Positions 1 through 8,571 are shown, numbered from the stretch's first letter. The stretch is 64,000 bases of DNA from an uncultured Anaerolineales bacterium (GCA_964644835.1 CAZXXW010000001.1:46-64045); one strand, 5' to 3'. Notes: a model not told the origin generated them from the sequence alone. Translations and numbers: made by a program.

Positions 1-3000
1 GTTGGGTGGGCAAAGTGTGTTCCAAACCAGGCGCGAAGCCGGTATCGGGCAGCGGCGCGACGCCGAGGGCAAAACGGCTCAATTGCCAAACCTTGGCGCA
101 TACCTTGCCATCCTGTTCGTAGGTATTATAGATCGCTTCCCAGGGGCCGCCCGCGTGACTGTGGAACAGGGTCAGGTTGCCGTAGCTCCATCCGGCGGCC
201 TGCAACTCGGCATTGGTCGGGCGCAAGCAAACTTCGATGGGCGGGTCAAAGGTGGGAATCGCCTCCCCATCCGGGCCGATGATGGTGACATCGAACACAC
301 GGTCGCCAAGTTTGAAGTTTCCGCCGGATTTTTCTTTGATACGGATGTAGCTACCATCCAAAACTGTGTTCTCGAAAACCGTCGTTTTGACCATATTCTT
401 GAGCCTGCAAATCCCGCCGGGGACGCCCACGGGGCAATTGCGGGAGGATATGCCACTGCCATTATCGTCGCCATCCCCCCCGGCAACGGTCACGGTGACC
501 GTATCAGCACACTCATTGTCGCTTTCATCGTCTTCATCCACGTGATCATCCGGGTCTATCTGGCAAATTCCGTTGAGATCGGGATTGGTAAGATCCCCTT
601 CCACGTTTGGCGTCACTTCAATCGTTACGTCAAAAGAGCCTGTCACTGCCCCAAACGTGACATCGGCACCATTTGCCATACACGTAAGAGCCATTCCAAC
701 GATATTGCAATCGACATTGCCGCTATTGGTGATATCGGTGAAGTTCTGCGCTCTCGGCGTACCGTAGCTTGCCGCCGTGCTGGGCAAGTCATCTCTGAAC
801 ATGGTTTGTCCGTCGGCAAAGGTCGCATCGCTAGCACCCCCGTTAGAGAGCGTGATCGCCCATTCAAAAGCGGTGCCCACAACGCCTGTTCCCTCTGTGT
901 CGTTCGCCTTTGTCACTTGCAGATCGGGTTTATCTAACACGGTGACGGTATCTGTGCAAGCGTTATCACGTTCGTTGCGTTCGGCGATATGGTCATCCGG
1001 GTCTACCTGGCAAATTCCGTTGGGGTCAGGATTGGTTAGATCCCCTGTTGCACTGGGGGTGACGTCGAAGCCAACATCAAAGGAGCTCGTTTCCGCGCTC
1101 AGGGTGACATCGGCGCCATCCGGGACGCATCTCAGCGTCGTGCCGATAAGCTGGCAGTCGATGTCCCCACTGTTGGTCACATCGGTGACATTCTGGACGG
1201 TCGGCGTACCATAGGTCGCCCCGGCGGGCAGGTCATCCTGGAAGATGGTTTCACCCCCGTTGAAGACGGCATCACCCCCGCCCGTATTGCTGATCGTCAC
1301 TGTCCATTGGAAGGTGGTCCCCAGGGTGACAAAACCGCCGACGTCGTTGGCCTTAACGACTTCCAGATTGGGAAAGCTTTGCTGGATTTCATAAGCGCCG
1401 ATGTCACAATGCCCGCCAGTAGGATAGGGGCGTGGTTCGCCGCGCTGATCGGTGGTCAGGTCGTTGCCATCATCATCCTGGCAACCGGCGGGATTGCCGG
1501 CATCGATGGCCGGACTATTAGATTGCGGGGCGTGGGTTTCAGTCTCTCCGCCGTTGTCGGCCAGCGTCTCCAAGTGGGATTCTTGCCCGGTGATGTCCGT
1601 CGCCGTGAGACCACTGCAACCGGCAGTATCCTGGACAAGATTGTATCCACCAGAAGTGAGTGTGCCAGAGCAGTCAGGGTGAACGGTGTTTCCGGCACCA
1701 CTTTTATCCTGATTTCCGGCGACGATGCTGTTCTCAATATGGACACTACCATGGTTCATATAGATGCCGCCGCCATCGGTGGAACCATTAGACAAGCTAT
1801 CAGCGATATTCTTACTGATGGTGACATTATTCAAATTTGCGGTTGCATCGCTCCAGAGACCACTACAGATACCGCCCCCGTGACGGGCTGCCTGATTGCC
1901 CGAGATGGTGACATTAATCAGAGTCATCGTATTCTCGTTATGGATACCACCACCATCGTAGTTAGTCTTGTTGTTGTTGATGGTACTATCAGTCACCATC
2001 ATCATATCACTTTGGCTATAGATGCCGCCGCCCCGCTCGCCCCAATTACCGCTGATAGTGCTGTCGTTTAGCGTGAGCTTGCCAGCATTATTGTCAATAC
2101 CGCCGCCGAGACCTACAGCTATGTTGTCGCTGATGGTGCTACCACTTACCGCCAGATCACCAACGTTGTTGATCCCACCACCCCCACCGTCTTGGCCACT
2201 CAAAACCTCGTTATCCTTGATGATACTGTCGTTTATCTCCAGCGTGCCAGAATTGTTAATGCCGGCGCCTCGGCCGAAGACCAGGTTATCGCTGATGGTA
2301 CTGCCATTCATTGTCAAGGTACCTTTATTGTCTATGCCGCCACCCATGCTACCTATCATCATTCGACCAGCCTTATTGCTACTGACAGTGCTATCTTTCA
2401 GGGTCAAGGTATCAAAATTAACAATACCACCGCCATTCGCCAGAGCCCTGTTGTTGGTGACGGTGCTATTATCCAGTATCAAGATACCATCGTTACATAT
2501 GCCGCCGCCAGCGGTACTAGTACGATTACCAGAGATGACGCTATTTTCTACGGTCAGCGTGCTTTGATTCACAATCCCACCGCCGATTAATGCCCCTTGT
2601 CCATTTCCACCCTGAATAGTCAAACCCTTTATTGTGACAGTTCCAGAAAAAATATTGAAAACCCGGCTACTATCATCCCCGCTGATGGTTAGCTGGTCTG
2701 CCCCCAGCCCGGTAATAGTCAGGTTGCCAGCAATTCCGAGTTGCGCACCTCCCAGCGTAATGGTTTCACCGGCCATGGTGGCTGCAAAGGTAATCCTATC
2801 GTCTCCGGTGCCGGCAGCGCAATCTGTCGAACCAGACTGGTCATCGCTGTTGGCATTGATAATCGCTTCTCGCAGCGAACAAAGCCCGTTGGTATTCGTT
2901 TCATCCGCGGCAGTATCCACCTCGATGTTGGCAGCATGAGCTTCTGGCATCGGCTGGATGCCCAGAAGCAGGATTAGGAAAGACAAAATGGATAAAAGCC

Positions 3001-3061
3001 GGAAGTGTTTTCTCTTGCTTATTCCCCCCAGGTTGAGAGCGCGTGGGCGTTGATTTCGCAT
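1..3061 (-). CDS. Secreted CSLREA-motif / parallel beta-helix repeat protein with two DUF11/CARDB-like repeats and an LPDTG sorting-type motif (partial; 3' end beyond the window)
   Basis: Absent from the ORF track because it has no stop inside the window. The minus frame is open from ATG 3061..3059 (GGAGGAG SD just upstream) to the left edge, and all listed minus ORFs here lie in one other frame. My translation starts MRNQRPRALNLGG, then a hydrophobic signal, then ANIEVDTAADETNTNGLCSLREAIINAN. About 20 G/N-rich 22-24 aa turns follow (GGGIxNxGxLTLxxSTISxN), then TDQRGEPRP..CDIGAYE. After that come two 149 aa repeats and LPDTG encoded at 39..53. Confidence 0.85.
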   Translation of the reverse strand, partial: MRNQRPRALNLGGISKRKHFRLLSILSFLILLLGIQPMPEAHAANIEVDTAADETNTNGLCSLREAIINANSDDQSGSTDCAAGTGDDRITFAATMAGETITLGGAQLGIAGNLTITGLGADQLTISGDDSSRVFNIFSGTVTIKGLTIQGGNGQGALIGGGIVNQSTLTVENSVISGNRTSTAGGGICNDGILILDNSTVTNNRALANGGGIVNFDTLTLKDSTVSSNKAGRMMIGSMGGGIDNKGTLTMNGSTISDNLVFGRGAGINNSGTLEINDSIIKDNEVLSGQDGGGGGINNVGDLAVSGSTISDNIAVGLGGGIDNNAGKLTLNDSTISGNWGERGGGIYSQSDMMMVTDSTINNNKTNYDGGGIHNENTMTLINVTISGNQAARHGGGICSGLWSDATANLNNVTISKNIADSLSNGSTDGGGIYMNHGSVHIENSIVAGNQDKSGAGNTVHPDCSGTLTSGGYNLVQDTAGCSGLTATDITGQESHLETLADNGGETETHAPQSNSPAIDAGNPAGCQDDDGNDLTTDQRGEPRPYPTGGHCDIGAYEIQQSFPNLEVVKANDVGGFVTLGTTFQWTVTISNTGGGDAVFNGGETIFQDDLPAGATYGTPTVQNVTDVTNSGDIDCQLIGTTLRCVPDGADVTLSAETSSFDVGFDVTPSATGDLTNPDPNGICQVDPDDHIAERNERDNACTDTVTVLDKPDLQVTKANDTEGTGVVGTAFEWAITLSNGGASDATFADGQTMFRDDLPSTAASYGTPRAQNFTDITNSGNVDCNIVGMALTCMANGADVTFGAVTGSFDVTIEVTPNVEGDLTNPDLNGICQIDPDDHVDEDDESDNECADTVTVTVAGGDGDDNGSGISSRNCPVGVPGGICRLKNMVKTTVFENTVLDGSYIRIKEKSGGNFKLGDRVFDVTIIGPDGEAIPTFDPPIEVCLRPTNAELQAAGWSYGNLTLFHSHAGGPWEAIYNTYEQDGKVCAKVWQLSRFALGVAPLPDTGFAPGLEHTLPTQ
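490..1390 (-). repeat. Two tandem intragenic repeats, ~447 bp period (DUF11/CARDB-like Ig-type domains)
   Basis: Near-identical 30-mers tcatccgggtcta(t/c)ctggcaaattccgttg occur at 546..575 and 993..1022. The translated units share (V)TKANDxxG..F.W.(I)T(I/L)SN.G..DA.F..G...F.DDLP...TYGTP...N.TD(I/V)TNSG..DC......L.C...GADVT......SFDV...VTP...GDLTNPD.NGICQ(I/V)DPDDH. Confidence 0.7.
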
Positions 3062-3367
3062 CTTCTCCTCCTCGATAGAATCATGACGTTGCCGGCCAGG
3101 ATAACCTGAATGTTGAGATAAGCGACAAATATAGCGATCATTTGCAATTGTAGGGGAAGGCAAATCAGTCCACAAGGGTTCCGGGCGAAAATATAAGGCC
3201 CACTCGCCGAGCATTGAAACGCACGGCTCAAAGCGGCTGACGATGGGGCGTCAGCTTGAGCTGACTCGAAGTCAGCTTCCACTATTCACGGTGTGTGCCT
3301 TGCTTCGCATGCTTGCCCGTTGGACATCGGTGGCGGCAAGCCCGCAATGCATTCGCAGGTAAATACG

Positions 3368-3423
3368 AGACTTCCGAAGTCTTAAGCTGCAGACCTCCGA
3401 GGTTTTGAAGACCTCGGAGGTCT
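3368..3423. repeat. Palindromic repeat pair of the GAGAC(C/T)TCNGA(G/A)GTCTC family
   Basis: A palindrome agacttccgaagtct lies at 3368..3382. A perfect 13-bp hairpin follows: agacctccgaggt (3391..3403), a 7-nt loop, then acctcggaggtct (3411..3423). Related copies lie at 5747..5761, 5994..6010 and 51983..52011. Confidence 0.7.
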
Positions 3424-3435
3424 CAACGCTGCGTC

Positions 3436-3716
3436 CTGTCACATCTTGTCACTGGCTTTGCCCGCCTCGGCTGAACGAAAGCAAAAGGTCTCCCCAACAA
3501 CAAAACGCTTCCCCCCTTAGGGCTTGGGGATTCTTCGCCTGATGGCTCAGAATGACAAGATGTAGCCTTTTTTCGTTCCACGCCCCCGAACCTCTAACGC
3601 ATGTCACTCTGAGCGACCGAAGGAAGCAAAGAGTCTCATCCTTCTTTGGGCTGAAGGGATTCTTCGGTCGCACCAGCTCGGCGGAGCTGAGCCACCCTCA
3701 GAATGACAATGTGTGG
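3436..3716. repeat. Cluster of nested inverted copies of a TGTCA(C/T)TCTGAG...CGAAG(A/G)A(T/A)(C/G)C repeat
   Basis: Forward copies lie at ~3446 (tgtcactggc...cgaaagc) and ~3602 (tgtcactctgagcgaccgaaggaagc). Reverse copies lie at ~3527-3562 (ggggattcttcgcc..ctcagaatgacaagatgt) and ~3656-3712 (gggattcttcggtcgc..cctcagaatgacaatgtg). acatcttgtca (3441..) is inverted against tgacaagatgt (3553..). Confidence 0.6.
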
Positions 3717-3780
3717 CGTTTTTTCTCGTTCTGCTACGCCAGACTGCCCTATTGAGAATTGCTGACCTAAAGCAACACTA

Positions 3781-3945
3781 TTGACGCTACCAACCTGACC
3801 TTATAAAATAAAGAAAAGTCGGGCAGGTGCCGAATTTCGACAACCGGAAACGCATCCGCCCGGCGAGAGCCAACGCAGACGGGTTGCGTGGTAGTCTTCA
3901 TCGTACGATGACAAAGCCGCCCACGATTTGCGTGGGCAGTTTTTT
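3781..3945 (+). promoter_or_regulatory. Orphan promoter-to-terminator unit (candidate ~130 nt leader or small RNA upstream of the serine hydrolase gene)
   Basis: The promoter reads TTGACG (3781..3786), 17 nt, TAAAAT (3804..3809). A hairpin gcccacg/cgtgggc (3919..3937) is followed by TTTTTT (3940..3945). No ORF lies between, and the next ATG (4022) is 77 nt downstream. Confidence 0.35.
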
Positions 3946-4021
3946 CTTAAACGGGAGAGCATCAAGAGTGCACGACCGTTTTTGGTAGTTACAAAACGAT
4001 GAGTATGAGAAAGGGAGAAGC

Positions 4022-5098
4022 ATGAAAGCAACAACCATTCAGTCCAAGATCGAGTCTGCGTTTCGGAAACAGGCTCAAAACGATCCAAATGTTAGGAGTG
4101 CATACCTGTTGGTTCAATCAGACAAATGCCAAGTTGATTTGAACATTGCTGAAGGCGAGACAGGGAACATCCCGGCCAACCCGAAACAGCCCATTCATTT
4201 GGCAAGTGTGGGAAAGGTATTTACGGCAACCCTGATCAGCATCTTATACGAACAAGAGCAGTTAGATTTCGATGATAAGATCGAAAAATATCTCGACGCC
4301 GCCCTGATGGACAAGTTACATGTCTACAAAGGCCAAGATTATTCAGATGAGATTAAGATCAAGCACCTGCTCAAGCAAACATCAGGTTTGAATGATGTCT
4401 TCTATGATTTGTTGCAAAAGATGCTCGAAGACCCAACGTTCAAAATCACGCCTCGAGAGGCTGTCATCTGGGGCAAGGAGAATATGAAGCCTGTTGCTCC
4501 CCCCGGCAAAAAACATTTTTATACCGATACGAACTACTATCTTCTAGGATTGATCATAGAGAAGATTACCGGGAAACCGTTTCACGACGTGATGCATGAA
4601 CTGATTTTTCAACCGTTAGGGATGAGCCATGCCTATTTGCACGGCTTTTCAACACCTGAACAAGAGTCAGACTATCCAACCGCAGGATTATATTATAAGG
4701 GTATTGATCTTCGTTCGATTGGCGAGCTTCACAACATCGATTACGCCGGAGGCAGTGTAGCAGCGCCTCTCGAAGATTATCTCATTTTCATGAAGGCCTT
4801 GCTTAACGCTACGATCATCAAGAAAGAGACCCTGGACATTATGCTGCATGACGATGTCAAAATGGGGTTCCCCATGATGGGCTTTGACTATGGGTATGCT
4901 ATCTGGAAAACGAAAACAATCCCCGTGCTGAGTCCGAAAAAGTATGCTTGCTGGGGAGGTGTGGGGGTTACGGGTGCTTTCATGTTTTACCATCCTGCAA
5001 CCAAGTCCTATATCATCGGCACGTTCAATGACTTTTCATACCGAGCCAAAGCCTTGCAATTTATGATAAGTAAGGTGGTCAAAACGTTATTGCAATAG
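4022..5098 (+). CDS. Beta-lactamase-related serine hydrolase (class C/PBP4*-like fold)
   Basis: 358 aa. It has the SxxK motif (LASVGKVF) and a YxN-type motif (YTDTNYYLLG). An AAGGGAGAAG SD precedes the ATG. A hand-counted 100-nt sample has 47 G+C, lower than the core genes. Confidence 0.85.
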   Translation: MKATTIQSKIESAFRKQAQNDPNVRSAYLLVQSDKCQVDLNIAEGETGNIPANPKQPIHLASVGKVFTATLISILYEQEQLDFDDKIEKYLDAALMDKLHVYKGQDYSDEIKIKHLLKQTSGLNDVFYDLLQKMLEDPTFKITPREAVIWGKENMKPVAPPGKKHFYTDTNYYLLGLIIEKITGKPFHDVMHELIFQPLGMSHAYLHGFSTPEQESDYPTAGLYYKGIDLRSIGELHNIDYAGGSVAAPLEDYLIFMKALLNATIIKKETLDIMLHDDVKMGFPMMGFDYGYAIWKTKTIPVLSPKKYACWGGVGVTGAFMFYHPATKSYIIGTFNDFSYRAKALQFMISKVVKTLLQ

Positions 5099-5181
5099 CG
5101 CCAGCAAGGCATGTCGGGCCGCAAATCGTTTGTTTTAGCCGATTAACAAGTATTCTTGATCAGCAAAAAAGGAGAAGGAAC

Positions 5182-5703
5182 ATGGAGCAACTGCGCGATC
5201 TGTATCTAAACGCCGAGGTCAGCATAGTAAACTTCATGAAGCGTTACAGCATTCTATTGCTAAGAATCAGCCTGGGGATTGTGTTTTTCTGGTTTGGAAT
5301 TTTGAAGTTTTTTCCCGGCCTAAGTCCGGCGGACGAAATCGCAACCGTTACGATTGAGCAATTGACGTTTGGGTTGATACCACCCGGTGTTTCAATCATC
5401 ATCTTGGCTGCTTGGGAAACGCTAATTGGGATTGGATTTATTTCTGGAAAGTACTTGCGGATTACCTTGGTTTTATTATTCGCACAAATGGCGGGAACCA
5501 TGACACCGCTGTTGCTATTCCCCGCAGAAACATTCACAAGATTTCCCTATGCGCCTACGTTAGAGGGGCAGTACATCATAAAAAATCTAGTTCTGATCAG
5601 TGCAGGGCTTGTTATCGGGGCAACCGTTCGCGGCGGCCGTATCGTTGACGATGAAGACAAGGAAAGCAACAACGAGGACATCGGCCAACCGGCCAAAAGC
5701 TGA
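5182..5703 (+). CDS. DoxX/DUF417 (YkgB)-like integral membrane protein
   Basis: 173 aa with four hydrophobic helices. The LRISLGIVFFWFGILKF motif is typical of the DoxX-like superfamily. An AAAGGAGAAGG SD is present. The C-terminal tail is acidic. Confidence 0.6.
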   Translation: MEQLRDLYLNAEVSIVNFMKRYSILLLRISLGIVFFWFGILKFFPGLSPADEIATVTIEQLTFGLIPPGVSIIILAAWETLIGIGFISGKYLRITLVLLFAQMAGTMTPLLLFPAETFTRFPYAPTLEGQYIIKNLVLISAGLVIGATVRGGRIVDDEDKESNNEDIGQPAKS

Positions 5704-5987
5704 AGGGGCCCTCGCTCGTCGAGAGATTCCTGACCCCGACGAGGGCGAGACCGAAGGTCTCCATAGCGAGTGCGGTCAGGTACCCCTTAAAGTCACTAAG
5801 TTAAGGTACGATGCACTTCCGAGGGACCACTGATTTCAGATGCAACGCACGCTTTGGACGTGCATCGCACCTGAAATCAGCCTGCAAAAGAGCGTTGCAC
5901 CTACATGTGCTGGCTTAAGTTAATGGCATTGAGGTACCCCTTGAAGCACGCACAGCGAGCGACGGCATACTTCGCGAGGACCTGCAG

Positions 5988-6542
5988 CTATAAGAGACCT
6001 CCGAGGTCTCGAAGACAGCGATAAGCGTGATTGACAGAGTGGCACCGCCGTTGAGCCTTTTGGAAGTACATGTTGGCCCAAACGGATTGTTTCAGCGACG
6101 CTTTCGCCCACAAGTGGACAATACCGCGAAACTCTCGGTCGCAGGCTTTACGAAAGCGGACATATTTGCGTTTTCCGCTCTTTTTGGTGTAAGGGCTGGT
6201 GCCTGCTGTGGCCTGGAGCACTTGGGCGGCTGGAAAGCGTTGGCGATTGACCCCAAACTTAGCTAACAAAGCTGGGGCCAATTTGTCGCCTGCGCCTGGC
6301 AAAGATGAGAAAATCGAGAGCGACCTCGTGTTCGGCTAGTCCAAGAAAAGGGTATGATGCGTTTCAATGCCTACAAGACAAGCTTCGGGTTCAAAGCCTA
6401 ACTGTTCACGTTGTTGATCAAAACGCTCAAAACCTTCGGGGGAGTGTGGGATGGTCATGTGCAGGATCTGACCACCTTTTTCATTCATGAAACCAATGTC
6501 GTGTTTGTCTTTGCTCCAGTCGATTCCGATGTATCCTATCAT
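5988..6542 (-). pseudogene. IS110-family (DEDD) transposase remnant: N-terminal 68 aa, in-frame TAG, internal deletion, then a C-terminal Transposase_20-like fragment
   Basis: The N-terminal fragment is MIGYIGIDWSKDKHDIGFMNEKG...CLVGIETHHTLFLD (ATG 6542, GGAGG SD). TAG lies at 6338..6336. The same frame continues ...SLPGAGDKLAPALLAKFG..RFPAAQVLQATAGTSPYTKKSGKRKYVRFRKACDREFR. The total is ~184 codons, whereas IS110 transposases are, from memory, about twice that. The 3' end runs into the palindrome at 5994..6010. Confidence 0.75.
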
Positions 6543-6829
6543 TAGGACCTCCTGGAACCATCGTAGAGATCTATGGGCCGCCAACCCGGGTAGGTGTTTT
6601 CTAGTTAGGGTGCTCTTGGCACAACGTGTTTTTGACATTTTGCCGGGAGTAACCTGGGGGAGCGGTCTGAGATGGGCGCTCGCAGCGCTGAATGACATGG
6701 GCACTCGATCCCCAGGCAGGTGCCTTTGGGGTAGACAGATTGTGTCGTGTTTCCACTTCTGTTCTTCCCCATTTTGCCACCTTTTTCCAGTTATACGGTA
6801 ACTAGAATGACATCCCCCCTGAACGCTTG

Positions 6830-7618
6830 CTAATCTTTTTCCAGAAGCTTAAGGCTCAGGTTCGTAAGAAAGATAATGGTGACAATGGCCAGGCCCGGAA
6901 AGAGCATCAGGTAGGGATAAATCTGGAGGTGTTGTCGCGCTGCGTTGATCATCGCCCCCCATTCCGGGTTCGGGAGTTGAACCCCAAAGCCGAGAAAGCT
7001 CAAACTGGAGATGCTGAGGATGCTGCTGGCAAAGCTCAATCCAAACAGGGTGATGATCAAGGGCAGCATGTTGGGGATGATATGATACCAAATAAGAAAA
7101 AGGGGTTGAGCTCCCAAAGCCCGCGCTGCGGTCAGATACTCTGCGCCCAATAGCTTGATCACATCCCCTCGCAAAATCCGGGCGTACCCCGGCCAGCGGA
7201 CCAGCGTCAGAGCCAAGATCAAGCTGCGCATCCCGGGTTCCAAGATGGAAACCAGCAACAAAGCGAACAGCAACGATGGGAGAATCATCAAAATATCCAC
7301 AATCCGGGTCAGCAATTCATCCCAGATTCCGCCCAAGAAAGCGGAGATGGCTGCCCAAAAGACCGCAATGGCAATGGAGCCTGCCGCAATGATGAGGGAG
7401 GAGCCGATCGTCACCCGCCCCCCATACAGCAGACGGGCTAACAGATCTCGACCAAACGCATCCGTCCCCAGCGGATGGGCGCGGCTTGGCGGGGAGAACT
7501 TTTCCTCGAAGTTGATCGCGTTGGGATGGTAGGGCGTGATCATCTCTGGAAAGATACAGGCCAGCATGATCAGAATCAACACCACCAGACTGAGCACAGC
7601 AATGGATTGATGCTTCAC
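6830..7618 (-). CDS. ABC transporter permease (DppC/OppC/NikC type)
   Basis: 262 aa. It has the N-terminal motif HPLGTDAFGRDLLARLLYGGR and six hydrophobic segments. Its GTG start overlaps the upstream permease stop (GTGA). Confidence 0.9.
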   Translation of the reverse strand: MKHQSIAVLSLVVLILIMLACIFPEMITPYHPNAINFEEKFSPPSRAHPLGTDAFGRDLLARLLYGGRVTIGSSLIIAAGSIAIAVFWAAISAFLGGIWDELLTRIVDILMILPSLLFALLLVSILEPGMRSLILALTLVRWPGYARILRGDVIKLLGAEYLTAARALGAQPLFLIWYHIIPNMLPLIITLFGLSFASSILSISSLSFLGFGVQLPNPEWGAMINAARQHLQIYPYLMLFPGLAIVTIIFLTNLSLKLLEKD

Positions 7619-8571
7619 AGCGACCGCCTTCGCCCCAAAGTTTGAGCAGTGGAGGGATCGAGCAGCAAGTACAGGCTATCGATCAGGACGTTGATCACAG
7701 CAAAGATTCCCCCCACAAACAACAGAATCCCCTGAATGGTGGGGAAATCCCGCGCCATGATCGAATCGATCAACAACCGCCCCATCCCGTTCCAGGCGAA
7801 AATCGTCTCGATAATAAAAGATCCGCTGATCAAGTTCCCCAATTGAATGAGCTGCGCGGTGATGATGGGCAAGAGGGCCGGTTTCAGCGTATGGACCAAA
7901 GTGATCCGCCGCTGGCCTACGCCTTTGGCATGAGCAGCTTTGATGTAATGTTTTTTGGTAATCTCCCGCACGCTGGAACGGATGACCGGTGTGATCCAGC
8001 CGGAGATGGGAATGCTAAGAGAGAGAATGGGAAGCAGATAATGCCAGCTCGTTTCATCGCCAAGGACCGGCAAGACCCCCAACTCCACGGAAAATAACCA
8101 GATCAAAAGCACAGACAGCAGAAAGACAGGGATTGAATAGCTGGTCCAGGCCAAGCCCTGGATGAGCAGATCAAGGGATTTCTCATCCGTGACCCCGGCC
8201 AGCAGTCCAAGCGGGAAGGAGATCAGCAGGGTTACACCGAAAGTCGTCAGTCCTAAGCGTAATGAAGGCGGAAAACTAGCTTTGATTTCAGCAAGGACAG
8301 GACGCTTTGTGCGCGTGGAGTAGCCCAAATCCCCATCCAGCAGAACTCTGCCCAGCCACAAGCGGTATTGCTCGATGATTCCTTTATCGAAGCCGTACTC
8401 CTGGCGGACGCGTTCCACTAATTCAGGCGGCGCTTCGGACTCCCGGTCCTGATTGGCGATCAATACCGCCGGGTCGCCGGGCATCTGGCGAACCATCACG
8501 AAAGCGACCACAGAAATCACAAAAAGGTAAAAGAAGCCTAAAAGAAGCTTGCGAATGATCATAGGCAACAT
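7615..8571 (-). CDS. ABC transporter permease (DppB/OppB/NikB type)
   Basis: 318 aa. The N-terminus (IIRKLLLGFFYLFVISVVAFVMVRQMPGDP) and the binding-protein-dependent transport signature region are typical. Confidence 0.9.
   Translation of the reverse strand: MLPMIIRKLLLGFFYLFVISVVAFVMVRQMPGDPAVLIANQDRESEAPPELVERVRQEYGFDKGIIEQYRLWLGRVLLDGDLGYSTRTKRPVLAEIKASFPPSLRLGLTTFGVTLLISFPLGLLAGVTDEKSLDLLIQGLAWTSYSIPVFLLSVLLIWLFSVELGVLPVLGDETSWHYLLPILSLSIPISGWITPVIRSSVREITKKHYIKAAHAKGVGQRRITLVHTLKPALLPIITAQLIQLGNLISGSFIIETIFAWNGMGRLLIDSIMARDFPTIQGILLFVGGIFAVINVLIDSLYLLLDPSTAQTLGRRRSL

Noticed and set aside
2-2977. Plus-strand ORFs 2..937, 777..1214, 1307..2071, 2022..2567 (proline-rich repeats), 2192..2590, 2634..2939 and 2741..2977
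   Set aside because: All overlap one uninterrupted minus-strand reading frame that has a signal peptide, the CSLREA motif, beta-helix turns and an SD. Their repetitive, low-complexity translations are the mirror image of that gene's repeats.
3815-3945. Assigning the candidate leader to a known riboswitch class (guanidine-I, ZTP, c-di-GMP and fluoride were considered)
   Set aside because: Only short, partial resemblances were found (for example CGGCGAGAG against GUCCGAGAG). No full set of conserved elements could be matched by eye, so it is left unclassified.
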